Shown: piece after piece, positions 13,064 through 63,444 of the stretch
How positions within the stretch are numbered: position 1 is the first letter of the stretch
How the letters are laid out: each line of letters starts with the position of its first letter
Translations under genes and position numbers: made by a program
Origin: Thalia democratica
Lineage: Eukaryota
Direction of reading: 5' to 3'
Length of the DNA: 64,000 nucleotides
Assembly (NCBI GenBank): GCA_965202585.1
Contig: CBDBBG010000278.1
Span: 1 to 64,000 of the forward strand
Notes under the pieces: generated by a model
Told to the model about the DNA's origin: nothing
The model's input: only the letters and a program-made list of their open reading frames with translations
Database searches by the model: none

Positions 13064-13500
13064 TTTAATACTTAGTTATCTGCAAATATAAAAATGATTT
13101 TTAATTCTTTTATATTTTAAAAATTCACAAACTTCTTTGAAATGAGTAGTTTGATGCAAAACATAACCAGCAAAATTTTTAAAACGAAATAACAGTTCAT
13201 TTATACTAGATTGTGTAAAAATATAGTTTGGTTTAAATCACTTTAACTTTTAATCTTAAACTTATCAGTTTGAATCTATACATTTCTCACATTGTTCAAA
13301 ATAAAATTTTTGTAAAAGTTATCTTTGTTCTTGTTAGTTTGATAAAATATGTTTAAAGTATTCGTTAAAGTAGCTTTTTTAACTAAAGAAATCACTGTAA
13401 TTAAATACTTAATATTTCTCTAGAACGCTTCTTTATTTACTTAGGCTTGCTTTAAAAATGAACTTGATTAAAATTTTACTTAAGTTAGTACAACAAACTG

Positions 13501-13920
13501 GGGTGCACGACTATTCAAATTCGGACAATTCAAATTCCGACAATTCAAATTCTTAATAAAAAATTGGAATGGCCACAAATAAAAAAGTTATGTATATTTG
13601 TCAAAAAAAAAATACATATGTAGATCATTTTAATATCTATAAGCCATTTTTTTATTTTTTCAAAAAATTGAATAATTTTTGAGATATGGTTTAAATAAAA
13701 TAAAAAACATAGTCATTTTTAGTAATTTTAAAATATCTTTAATAATATTTAATTTTTTTCAAAAAGAAAATAGTAGCTTGTAGATATTAATAAGATCTAC
13801 ATATGTATTTTTTGCTTTTTGCAATTATACATTACTTTTTTATTTGTGGCTGTTTTATTTTTTTTAAAGAATTTGAATTGTCGGAATTTGAATTGTCCGA
13901 ATTTGAATAGTCATGTAACC
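13501..13920. mobile_element. 420-bp Mutator/foldback-type MITE with long TIRs and 9-bp TSD
   Basis: Imperfect terminal inverted repeats of about 155 bp start gggtgcacgactattcaaattcggacaattcaaattccgacaattcaaattctt. The direct repeat aacaaactg lies at 13492-13500 and 13921-13929. A 9-bp TSD, G-rich ends and long TIRs are typical of the Mutator/foldback class. Confidence 0.85.
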
Positions 13921-16900
13921 AACAAACTGTAATTAAACTTGTCGCATTTTTTGCTTTGAGTTGTTTTAAAATATATTTAAATACTTACTTTGATTTTTAT
14001 CTTAATACTTTCGTGTCGTTTAATCCATTTTATACACATTTATAGATGTAAGTTTAATCCGTTGTTTAAAATAATATGGTATACAAATAATGCTAACTAA
14101 TTAGTTTACCAAAAGAAAATAGAATAGCAAATATTTCAAAATAAAAAGAGAAAAAAAACATAAAGAACTTTTAATAATCAATAACTACAGACTATGTTAA
14201 ACACAATTTTAAATTTATTTTAATATAAAACCGTTTATTGTCCTTATAGAATAGAAACATAGCTAAAACCGTAATATAAAAACTTAAAATTGCACTTAAT
14301 TATTTTTAGGTTCAAAGTAGCGCGAAAACTTTAAGTTGTCACTGTGGAATACTTTGTTGATTTATCTCACTACTTCAAATTCAACCTTAATGTTTTTGTA
14401 AACACAAAATAGACTGTTCATTAAAACCTGACTAAACTTACGGTTTTGGTGACGACAAACTTTTTTTTTCCTTTTACGTGCTAAGGCTTATATTGTAATT
14501 TAAGAAAACTAATTGATGAAAACTTAATGAAACGTAATAAATTTTATGGTTAATTACTATTTGATAGTGGAGTTTTAGAGCTAATAGCTTTTTAAGCTAT
14601 TAAGCTTGTATACATAATATAATCTATTAGAATGATTTTTAAACTTTAAATATCCAATTTCGCAATGTAACATTGCTACGATCTAATTTTATTTCAAAAA
14701 CAATTTTCGCAATATCTCTTTAGGAAACATATACTTTAGCTAAGTATGGTTAGGCTAAATAGTATAATGTATTAGTATACACACTGTATAATTTAGTATG
14801 TTATCGCTTGTTAATATTACTATAGTATTTAATATATAAAACATGTTTAAATAGTTATCTAAGCTAGCTTTTAAGATCTAAACTTTATAAACGTTTTTAA
14901 AGTTTTCAAGAATGTGAACTATTTATACTTTTTTATTAAGAATAAGTTTTTTTAGCTGTTTGTTTTAATCAAACAAATGGTTAAAAAACCAAAAATGTAT
15001 ACTTGATTAGCTTTGACACTAAATTTTATTAATTGATTCATCATAATTTGTATTTATTTTTATTTATTTTAAGTATAACTCAAACTTATAAGCTTCTTGG
15101 TCGGTAAGAACTTTTTTAAATGAATTCCTAAAAGTTACTGCACAAATTATACTTATAAGCATAAACTGTTAGTACAAGTTAAACATTTTGCCTAAACAAC
15201 CTTAGGTTCAACTTTTATCATTTGATATATTTTATTCAAAACATAGCATACCGTACTGTTTACTTAAAGGACAAGTGTACAAGCTGAATCCCACAAACAC
15301 TGACCTACAAGACTGTTTTGCATATATGACTTCGATTTGGTGAACCCGTATATATACACACCACAAATCTTGTGACTGAAGCAATCTAAGATGCAAGTGA
15401 TATTGAAATCAAAGCAAAACTAAATATTGCAATGTTCACCCGATACCGCGTATTACGTTTGTTTTGGTCATTTCAAACCAACAGTTTGAGCTTAGTACGT
15501 ATGTTGAAAACAAAGATTAAATTCCGGAGGAAATCGTTTGTTTGTTAAAGATATGTTACATTTTTTCTAAAGTATACAAAATAATAGAAAATTACATACT
15601 AACTTTGAACTTAAAAATTTAAATTACTTTATTGTTTTTACTTTACTCTGTACAAATAATAAACGTTTTATAACTACTCTAGTTCAGTCATTTTAGCAAA
15701 TACTAACATAATCTTTTTAACCATATATGTTTTGTTTCCATAAGCAAGCGTAGTACAGTAATAGTATATTTCCGTTTAATTACAATAAACTATAACTTTG
15801 ATTTCGACATACTTGGCAATAACAAATAATTTTCAGATGATTTTGTTTACTGCTTTTCAAAATTGTATACTTTAGTATATTACATTATTGAAGATAAAAC
15901 TATGTTGAAAAAAGCTGTATTTGATAAACAAAACGCACTATATTATGAAAATTCGTAAAATACTTTGGAAAACTAACGTAAAATTAACAGTTAAGTAAAA
16001 TATTTATAAATTGCTGCAAGAAAAATGTAATAAATAAAAAGTCTGATAATTTAATACATCTTATAACTAGAAAAAAATTCGGCTATATGATTTGATAAAT
16101 ACCTTTTTTTTTATCTTCATAAGCCTTTATATATCTTTTATAAAAAAAAAACAATCAACATTTGTGACCTCTATATTAATTATTTTTAATATTAATTTGC
16201 GTGTAATTATCAAAAAAAATTTATTAGAAGTAAAATACAGAAGTTTGTTTAAATATTTATTTCCTTTTCATTGTAAAAACAATCAATTTTTTATCCAAAA
16301 TTTCAAAACTTAAAACTCAATTCTCTATTAATTGTTTGTAGATAGATTCGTTCAAAATTTTACTGATGTCGAGAAATTTAAGCTTAAACAAACTTTATTT
16401 AAACATTAGAAAAAGTTGAAGTATAAAATTCTATAATACAAATAAACACGATCACAAGTTCTCAGAATATAAAAATTTTAAACATCTCGACCTAAGAAGT
16501 TTTTCAACATTAGTTTAACTTAAAAGTGTTTATCTAAAGTGGAGAGTGAACTTTTAGTAAACTTAAATGAAAACTTTTGTTTGGAAAACAACATTATGAA
16601 AAGAAACAAACGGAATTTGATGCATTGCTAATTTAGTATAAGGGTTTGTGTAAAAATCACTGCTATAAGAATTTAATAAAAATTGTTTATATTAAAGCAA
16701 AGCTTGTATTTACAAAAAATATTACTCGATGGTTCAGTGGTTAATATTAAACAGTTATCTTTTAAAAAATTTAAAAGCTTAATAAGCACAATAAGTCAAT
16801 TAATTGACTGGTTAATAAATTTTTAAACGACGTTTGAATAATCAGTAAACTCACATAGAAACTACCAATGTGTTATATTATTATATATCATTATATCATT

Positions 16901-18857
16901 ATATATTAAAATATAGATTAAACATTTGGTAATATTACTTTGAAACATAAACTAAACGTTTTACATACGATTTGTTTACCAAACGAATTCAATCAGACTT
17001 AGAATAATACAACTTTTTAAAACGATTTTTTAACAAAATTACAATTCTAAAACTTCTAAATCTAATTTCTTTGGGAACGTTTAGCTTTATTTATTTTTTT
17101 TTGATATTTTTTATGTTTTATTACAAAGTCCTTCTCTTAAATTTATTTTACTTTTATTTTGAACAATATTTTTTATCCTTTTAACAAGCTTTTTATCTTG
17201 AAAGCTGTGTAATTTTTTTTTGTTTTTTATACAGAAAAAAATCCAAATTCAATTTGTTTGTCTGAGTGTGTTAAAGTTTATTCCAATTGTTGAAATGCAA
17301 CACATTGTAGTTAATGGTAGAGGTGTAGCGTTGCACACTATCGTGAGATTTTTCACTTAACTTAATAAGATATTATTTAATGTTTGATTTATCAGGTGTG
17401 TTTATATTCTTAAAGCGTATGTAAACTACGTGTGTTTTTGAACTACTGAGCACTATTAAAACTTTTCAAATAATTCATAGAATGTACGTTGAAAGCTTAT
17501 AATTATTTAATTTAATTATAAAATTTTAACCTTTGATTTGTTTTAAACAAAACTGTATAAAAATATTATTATGAGTAGAAAGATAGATGTGCTGTAGTTT
17601 TTATAAATGTAATTTGCTTATTAAAAAGTGATTTTTAAACTTGTTTATATTTTCAAGTTTATAAAATAGTAATTTTTATTATTATATGTAGGAATTTAGT
17701 TTAATACCTAACTAAATTTAGTTTTAAATGAAGTTGCAAACAAACACGTTTCCAATACTAAAAAACTAAAAAGTTTCAGAAATTAAGAACATTGATTTAG
17801 ATTTGTTATAATACATAATACTTTTACAAAACATTTTCATTGTGTGAATGAAATTGAGGTTAAATGTTATTGAAATTTTTAATCTATTAACAATACATGC
17901 TTTACTTTTATAACTGTAGTAAGATTATACTATTGAATTAAAAGCAAATTTTACAGAGTTATCTATCTAAGAAGTAGATTGGAAATGAAAATCTTTAAAA
18001 TTGTAAGAAACACAATTACATTGTTTCACCGCAAAGCGAGTAAGTAACCGTAGTAGTATTATGTTTGGTAATGATAAACAAAAATAAACGTGCAAAGTGA
18101 AAATATAAGCTTAGCAAACAGTAGTCCTACGAATTCAATACAAGCCAAAAACTTGTATTGTATTTTAGAACTTTTTTAAATTTCTGTACAAATTGTTTAC
18201 GCTTTATGTTTTACAACTAAACCAGATAAAAAGTACTTTGATAGCTATTTCGAAACAACATTTAAAAAAAGACAACAGTTGTAAACTGCACTAAAAACAA
18301 AATAGTCACAAAGTTAATGTTTATTTTGCTAGTTTCAAGTCAAAACAAGCAAAGACGAAATCATCTTCTATTATAACGTCATAGACTATGTGTTACGTTA
18401 TTTTTTTGGTATTTTATTGATTTTAAGTTTAATAAAACATATTAAACGCAAATGTCTTAATTTAAATCAAAAAAAAACATATAAAAACTTGACTTAACGT
18501 TGAATAAAACAAATTTAAAAAAAGATAAATATAAATGAACATATTTTACAATTATACTGTGGTTTTTAACTATTATCAAATTTATAAGCACAGTACTTTA
18601 AAATTTTGGTTTTTTTGTTACGAAAACTACTTTACGTACTTTTGTAAATATTTTTTACTTATAAGTTTTTATATAAATATTATAGTTTTTCTAGAGAAAT
18701 AAAACTTACTCAAAAATATCTAAAATTTACCAACATTTAAAATCTTGAATCTAGGTTTAACAACTTTTAAGCATAAATATTTTACTGAATTATAGTTTTA
18801 CATAACTAATATATCATCTATCATAAAATCAATAAATAAAAGTTTACTAGAAGAAAT

Positions 18858-19035
18858 AAAAACTTACCGAACTCAAGTTTCGTGCCTACGCACTCCTCAA
18901 CTGAAAAACAAGTTCAAAATAAAGCACAAAACAAAAACATTTGATTATTTGAGTGTTATGTTTTGTGCTTGATTTTAAACTTGTTTTGCAGTTGAGGAAT
19001 GCGTAGGCAAGACATTTGGATTCTGCAAGTTTTTA
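18858..19035. mobile_element. Palindromic MITE-like element (about 175 bp)
   Basis: The left arm ..tgcctacgcactcctcaactgaaaaacaagttcaaaataaagcacaaaac.. pairs with ..gttttgtgcttgattttaaacttgttttgcagttgaggaatgcgtaggca.. No TSD identified. Confidence 0.7.
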
Positions 19036-21108
19036 AATCTTGTAATAGAACTTTATATATTTTTATATTTTTCGTAAATTCCTATATCTAAAGAAAAACA
19101 TTTATTCTTCGTTCATTTCCACTATTGAGGTTTTCAAAGTTTAAGCTTAAGTTAATTTAATTAAAATATTGTTCATTGATATTTTGAAATAAAGATTTTT
19201 ATTAATGCTTTTGCTATTAGTTACTTTAATTTATAATTCCACTATTTTTTTTATGTAAGAAGTCAATTCGTTCTATTAAAATTTTATTTTACTTTTAGAA
19301 ACTCTTAAAAGTCCTATAAGTATTTAGTTTTTGTCTGAACAAAGTGGTAAAGCTGTTTTTACAACTGTTAGTCATAAAATTATTTAGGTCAAACTATAAA
19401 TGCATAGATTTATAAATGCTTACCCTAACCTAGTTTCATATAATTAAACTTGAAAAATTAAATAAAAAACAAACATTGAACAAATTTATTACAAATTTTG
19501 TAATTACTGTCGTAACTTTTTATACAAATAAGCAATGAAATAACTAGTAGCAGTTACATAAAGCTTAAATTTCACAACAAAAAATACTAAAACTTAAAAA
19601 TTTTAGTCATATAATTTTTTGTAAAAAAATATTTTCAGTTTTCCAATAAGTTTTGAAATAATTATTTCATCTAAAGTAAGACACAAATTAATGTTTAAAG
19701 TTTAAAATTAGTTATTGTTAACTTTTGATTAATTATTTTGTAGTTTTATGATCAACAGCTTTTTATATTTAAAAGTTTTTAAAATAATCTATTTTACCTA
19801 AACCTACTAAAATTTTATGATTACAAGTCAATTTTAAAGGTATGAAAAAATTAGATATAAAACGGTCTATCAAATATTGTCGTAAAGGTTTTTGAAACGT
19901 TTACTTGAAAAGCATTGATTTTGTATAATCTGTTTAAATTTTATAATAGTTGTACCGTTTCTAAACTGAATTAGAGTCAACTCTATGATGTTTAATGTTG
20001 CCTTTATTGCATAAGCATTTTTCAAATTTATTCTTGCTAGAAAATATATAATGCTACGACTACTTTGATTGACTACGGTGATTGACTACACCTATTGACT
20101 ACGGTGTAAAAATTGGTGATTTTACTTTTTACTTTTAAGTACTTTTGTAGGTTTCATTAGAATCTAAAAAAATTAGCTTAAACTGAAGTTGCAATAAATA
20201 AAGAAAAAAATATATATATCGTTATTAAACCTTTTGCAGTATTAGCGTAAAGTTCTTAAATGAGTTTGTTAAATGAGTTCTTAAATGAGTACACTTTTTG
20301 TGTAAATGATTGTTAAGTAAGTCTCAAGCCATTTTTGGCTATATGCAGTTGTAATAAATATTCTCTAGGAAAGTTTAAAAGCTAATAAATACTTCACTTA
20401 AGTGAAGCTCAAAAAAGCTTTTGAATAATAATTGTTGATTAATAAATTAAAAAACACTTTAATGCTTTAAAATTTGCAAATCAAACCAATCAGTTTTAAG
20501 CGGTTAAGCATGCGACTATATTTTATGATAATAAACAGTTGTGTTTTTTATCTGTTTAAAATATGTGATGATTAAATAAACAAAATGCTTACCGTGATTA
20601 AAAGTAAACAAGAAAATTTATTGTTTCACTGGCAGATTAAAGTAAATTGAAGTAAATAAATAACCGACCTTGGCATTTAAAACAATCAAAAACTGGTTTA
20701 ATGTTTTACTTTAATGCTTAAAAATTAATTGATCATGAATGTTTTGGTGTTAGATTGACATTTCATCTTTGAATGAGTTTTATAGAAATCTTTGTTGTAC
20801 TTTATAGGTTTCGATTTGAAAACAGAGTTTTTTTTTCAAAAGCACTTTAGAAAATCTGGAGTGCTTTTTTATATTGTTTTACTTTATTGTATTATATATA
20901 AAGTATTATACAATTAAGGTTTACAATAAGTTAGTTTAGTATACATAGTTATATAATAATTTACCTAGGTTATAAACAAGTTTAAATTTAATATTTGTTC
21001 TTTTATTATTTCAAATGACAGATTAATACAAAGTAGCTCTAAATTGAGTTGCTAACTTATGAAATTAAGCACAAAAAAAAACGGGATTGCTTAAACTAAT
21101 TTCCGACA

Positions 21109-57167
<36,059 letters not shown>

Positions 57168-60100
57168 AATGATAATCAAAGTTTGATTGAACTTAAAACC
57201 CGAAGCTGAATCCCTGCAATTGTTTTCTTTAAGAATTAAGAAGTTTTGTTGCCCTTTTGTATGACTACTTACAAAAAGTTGCATTTTTTACTTTTGTTCG
57301 TTTTATTTATTTTGTTCAAGTTCCTTTTCGTCGTTTTGTGCAATAAAATTTATCGTGAAATTATTTAAGCTTCGATAAGCTTTAGTACTTTGTGAATATG
57401 AGTATTTATACCACTCATTTATCGACTAACGTGTTTTGTCTTAGACTCAAAAGAAAAGTAAGTTAAAACTTGCTTAGTGTTTATGCATATTTGTTTAGTT
57501 TTATCATGTAAGTAATGAACACAAAATTGTAAACATTATAAAATTTACTGGTAATGTATTTAAATTGTTTATTTATAAATCATACTTTCTATGTAAAATC
57601 ATTTCTTTAATTGTACGAAATTTTGGCTGTGTTTAATCATACGAAAATATAACTCACAAGCCTTAAACTCTACTTACAAATATCGTTTTTGTTGTTAACC
57701 TTTAACCAAAACAAGCAAAAAAAGGCATAGTCTTTTCGAACAACAACTTTTAAGACTCAGGCTGTTTTTTTATTTCGTTTTATAAGGCAAATATTAATTT
57801 ATTTTCTTAAGTCTTAACAGACGAATTATAAAATGTTAGCTCTATAAAACTAACAAACTTTGCTTAGTTGTTTTACTTCAAATAGCCTTGCTTACACCTA
57901 AATAAAAATTAAATAGAACATGCTCAAAATTTCTATAGAATTAAAACTAAACTTATGTTACATTTGTTATGGTAAAATATCATATGTATTTTAACCTAAA
58001 ATGAACAAAATATTGTACTACTTATACAGTGAACCCAATTATCGCTGAACTTACATTAGATTTTCAAGAACTTAACATTTGGAAAAAAATCTAAATTTTT
58101 TAGTGTTTTTTTTTTAATTTAACCATTGGTAGCCTAACAACTTACCAAAATTGTTCTTCAGATAAAATAAAAATATATGAATTAAAACAGTGCATTCTTA
58201 GTTATAAACGCTATATGCATTTTGTATAAATATTTGTTTATTTTATCCTGAAAAGAGCTATACCTAACTGTTCGTTAGTTCATTTTGCTTTGTAAGAGCC
58301 TGTTTGAGTGTAGTATTTGTAAAGTATTAAGTAATATGAGTATAAACGATTTTTCTACTAGCTATTGAACTAAAAATAAGCTCTCGACGGTTATGAATAG
58401 TATGCAACACTTTTTAGTTTACAATACTACAATCTGGCAAATAAAAGTTATTTTATATGTAAGTATAATTAAGTCTCTGTAAGCCCCAAAACACAACATT
58501 TAAACATTTAGAGCTAAAAAAAGTACAAAAACACGTTATATTTTTGTATCTATTCAGATTATAACTGCAAAATATAAATTTTGAAGTAGATTGTTTTTTA
58601 ATTTAAACAACAAGACTTCGGAAAATGTTTAAAACTCATGTAAAATAGTAAAACAGTATAGTTTAGCGATTTTTCATTTTAAATTGCTTTTCTCTACATA
58701 TTCTTATTTGCAACTTAAACTTAAACTTCAATTATGACGTATCTGCTCGGAAAAGAAATGTTTTATTTAGAATACTTGCGGAGATGAGAACTTTAAATAA
58801 GATAGAGTTAAATAATATTCCTAAAACAGTTTAATGTAAATATGTGAAAGTTTAAAACAAATATATATCAGCGAAATTTTTTAGAAAATATCTATATGGT
58901 CTGTTTTCGGATACCACTCATAGTCTCAAAACGTTTATAAATCAGAATTGTTAATAATTTTCGTCAAGTTTAGTCTAAGTACCTTACAAACTAAATACTT
59001 AAATTTTTTTTTTTTAGATAAAATAGTTAAAGTTTTTTCTACAAATGTCATTATTACTTTAAACTTCTTTAAACTAACTTTAAACTTACTTTAAACCATA
59101 AATACTTCAGACATTTTAGGTTAATTTTTCAATAAACTGTACTAAAATAGTGCTATTATAAAATTATAGCAGATATTTATAAGATTATAATTGATTAAAA
59201 CTTATTTATTGTTTATTGAACGAAAATAACACTCAAAATGTTTTGGTCTAACGACGTGGCGTACGAAAAAACTTTTCGGTTATCGAGTTGTACACCACAT
59301 TTGTTAATGTTAATGTTTATAACTTAAAAATTTTCAACAAGCTGAAAAATTAAATTTTATAGAGAAACAACTTTTAACTTCGTTTTTTTTTTGCAAATAG
59401 CATAGAAACAGGACCCTTTTTTCAACTTTCTGTTATAAATTAAGATGAGAAAGGAAGATCACTATAAAATGCATAGAAAACAGGAATTTAAATAGCGACG
59501 ATAGTCATAATTTTGACAAAAGTGTGTATAGTTACTAGACATTTTTTCAACATAAAACGTTTGATCGTTTAAACAGATTAAGTTTAATTATCAATAATTA
59601 ACAAAAATTTTATCAGCAATAAGTTTAAGTAACTTCTTTCATAAAATATTTTGTTTGTCGTCTAGTTCACATTTGTTGCTGTATTTATTTATTAAATTAA
59701 CATTTAAAAGTTACCATAAAATAACTATGAAGAAAGTTTAGACAAAACTTAATAAGACAAAACTTTTAAAATTAAAACAAATTTGACTTAAAGTTAACAA
59801 AATATAGTTATACAAAATACAGAAGAAAGTATTTTATCGTTTTCACTATGTATTTATATACGATAATTTAGTTTAGGATAAGTTTTTTTTTGCTTGATTA
59901 AACTCAGTTTTTTTTAACGACTTAGCTTTATGTAATCAAAATTAAAGATAAGAATTACTTTCGTTATTCATTTGAATTAACAATAAAAGATTAAAAGGAA
60001 ATATTGATTTTTTTGTTTAATAAAATTCAAGCTGTTGTAACTATTAATCTTATAGTTATAAAAACAAAAGTACTTAAGAAAAAAAAATTGAGTTATTTTT

Positions 60101-61380
60101 TTTTATTTTGATAAGATTATTTTGATTATTACTTGTAAAACTTTTTTTTACTTTGGTGGATTGATTAGAACTAAACAATCACCGCTTTTCTACTTATAAT
60201 AATTTTTGATTTAAAACAGAACACTAAAAGTAATTTCATAAGTACGCGGTAGAAACAGTTTTGTTTCACGTTAAAACAAAAAAAGTGTTTAACTTAATTC
60301 TAGGTTACTCCAAACCAATGTATTAAAAGTAGTGAAAATTAGAGTCAATCCAATCCATTGAACTAATCTTTTAATTGTTAAAACTAAATAAATTTAACTA
60401 CATAGCTACTTTATAGTAAAGTAATTATTTGCAAAAATAATAGAAAAATATTTTTTTGTTAAAGTCTAAAACGGAACTAAAACTAATAGTTTAGATTATT
60501 GTTTATGACAATTTGAGTTTACACTTTTTCTTTAGTGCAAAAGTTATCAAAATACAACTGTTTTAATACTCATATGTGAATAGCAAAAAATTGCAAGTAG
60601 TTCGATAGTTTTCAATATTTTTAAGTAAAAATTTTTACAGTAAATTGTATTTTACCAAATAATGTAGAGCTTTAAAAGTAAAGTGTACAAGTTTTTAAGA
60701 TAATGTTAAAGGCAGAACAAATTAAATTTTATAAAAATTCTAAAAACAAAAGAACCGAAGTTTTATTTATAACTGTCTTTTTTTAGTTAGTAACTTTTAA
60801 CTTTAATCGGTAAAAGTCTGATTTGTTTAATTAAACAAATTAAAAAAAAAAAAATTGTTAAACACTTTTGTATTTATGTAGATGTGAAATTTTATACCTG
60901 CATTAAAGTATTTTTTAAGTATTACTCAACGATAATAATGGAAACAATTAAATGATATGTAAGAGAGTTTTTATGGAACAAATTCTATTTTGTTTTTTAA
61001 CTGATGTCTTTGTAAAAACTTAAATTTTGATAAAGAATAATTTAATTTTGCAAAAAAAAAAAAAGTTTTGAAAAGTTTTTATGAAAAAATACTAACTTAT
61101 TTCAAGTTCTAATTATTTTGATTCTATTTATATTATAACTGTTTGCACAAGTTGTATTATTAATTAAATGTTCTGCAATAGATGAACATTTAGTTATTAA
61201 TCCATCTTATGCAAACAGTTATAATATACGTAGCACTGAAATTATTAAAACTTGTAGTAATATTTTCGATTTGATAAATTAAAAAATACTTTGTTTGTTA
61301 GCTCTATTTCTTAGTGATAAAAACCTAAACTTTTAGAAAGTATATTTTAATATTGCACTTTTTAAAGTATAAATATTGAT

Positions 61381-63444
61381 ATGTATAAACTTGGTTGGAT
61401 CGGAGTTATACTTACAATCTATGTCTATTCCGGTATGGCTACAGGTAAACAAATGAACTGCTTCAAGAAGGCAATCAAACTATAAAGTTTTTTAATATAA
61501 CAGACAAGTAAAAAGTTTCATCTTTTTATATCAACTCAAAAATACATTTTACTTTAGCTTTCAAAATCTAATTACTAAAAAGTGAACACACTAGTATTTC
61601 ACGTTAAAAGTAAATTAAAAGGTGTTCCAAAAAAATGCACATAAACGATTTTAAAACTTTTAAATAATTTTATGTAATATCATAGAAGGGGACAATACAT
61701 TAAAGTGTAGTGGTCACGGGACACCAGTAGAATTGGAAAACGAAATGGTGAAATGTGAATGTGATGAAGGGTACAATGGAGAAAATTGTGAAATAAGTTT
61801 ATGCTTTTACTTAATATTATTACCTGTAAACTATTATTGTATTAAAAAATTGTACTGCATAACTGTCAAAAAAAGTTAATTTTTTTTCAAAGCAAAAAAA
61901 TCACCTGGCTCGTAAAACTAAACAGCGCATCAAATCTAACGAAATCAAAGAATCAAACTAATTTAACCTCAGCAACCAATTCAACAGGTTCGACACCAGA
62001 AGAAGGAGCAGGTAACTCCGCATCAGAAGATGGTTCGAATAAATCCGCACAAGAAGAGACTTCAAATGACCCCGCACTAGAAAAAAACTCAAATAGTTCC
62101 ACAGAAGCAAACAGCTCAACGAGTTTGAAAACAGAAGCAACTTCAACTTCAACTTCAACAACAGAAGGTCACCACTCAACAGTGTGCAGTGATCACGGTA
62201 AAGTGGAGATCACAAAAGATGGCATATCTAAATGCCACTGCGATTCCGGTTACACTGGAAAGTCCTGTAACAATAGTTTGTTTTTTAATGTTAATTATGT
62301 TGAAATCTTTGACTTAAATTTTTTTCAAAGCTATTTCAAAGAATTAATTTTAACACAAGTAAACGTTTATGAAGCACAACTTAAAACTTTTTTAAAATAT
62401 CTTAAATGTGTAAAAATATTAAAGTAAAATAAATCTTTAAACCTTATTTGTTAAGGGTCATAAAGTTTAAAAATAATATTTTTTTAAAAAAGATAACCAA
62501 AGTTTAAAAAACTTAAGTATTATAATTTCATTTATAACGGTTTAAGGTTAAAATCAAATTGACTAGTAAACAACAGCAACAAAAAATTTTTTTTGTTTAT
62601 TTTGAAAAATAAATACTTGAATTATTTCAAGTTTTACAAGTTGTTACCATACAAAGCAGTTTGTAAAGACAACCTTGTTCTTAAAAATTTCCATCATTTT
62701 AAACATCAAGTATAATATGTTTCTATAGTTTCATTTTGGACTGAGACCATTCAATACGTAAAGCACTGGAAATACATATTTGCTGTTGTAGGAGGAGTTA
62801 TAATATTAGTAACTTGTGTTTGTCTGTGGATTGTACATGCAAATGTAAGGTAGGTTTATATTTGATTTTAGTTGATAAAAATTTTAAAAATATAGTGGGT
62901 TATAAAGTTTTTAGTTGATAAAAACTTTAAAAATGTAGTGGTTTAAAAAGTTGTTGGTCGCAATAAAGAAATAATTTTTAATAATGGTGTTAAATGGCAT
63001 AAATTTCTTCCGACTTTTACTTTAAAGTTTTCCTTTTAAAATAGTAGTTAGTTTGTTTTGTAAAATAAAGTAGACTTAAATCTTTAAATTTAAAGGTTAA
63101 AGGTAAAATTGGAAAAATAAAATAGCTCTTAGATGTCTTTATAATACTAATTTTTAAGTAGTTTGCACAATTTAGACACCTTTATTTTTATTGAAAAGTT
63201 TAGCTTAAAAACTAAACTAATAAAAAATAATAATAATATTCAATAAACAAAGCTTTTAGAATTAACTTTATATTGAGAATAAGATGTTAAAATCGTTTTG
63301 TTTCTGATTATTGTAAGTAAAACAATGATTAAATTAAAAAAGTCTTATTTGATTTTTGTAAGAAAAATTCATTTATTTTACAGAAAACACAAGCGAGAAA
63401 GTAAACAATATTGGAACTACTTCCAAAGGAAAGAACTCTATTGA
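61381..63444 (+). CDS. Type I membrane protein with two 4-cysteine EGF-like modules and a Ser/Thr/Asn-rich stalk (219 aa; exons 61381-61444, 61686-61796, 61973-62275, 62729-62849, 63384-63444)
   Basis: Exons of 64+111+303+121+61 = 660 nt with consistent phases 1,1,1,2. Signal-like MYKLGWIGVILTIYVYSGMAT; CSGHG..KCECDEGYNGENC; CSDHG..KCHCDSGYTGKSC; TM IFAVVGGVIILVTCVCLWIV; tail RKHKRESKQYWNYFQRKELY*. Confidence 0.8.

Noticed and set aside
61890-61972. Upstream AG acceptors (61892, 61925) for exon 3 of the EGF-like gene
   Set aside because: They give the wrong phase relative to the phase-1 donor at 61797; only the AG at 61971-61972 keeps frame.
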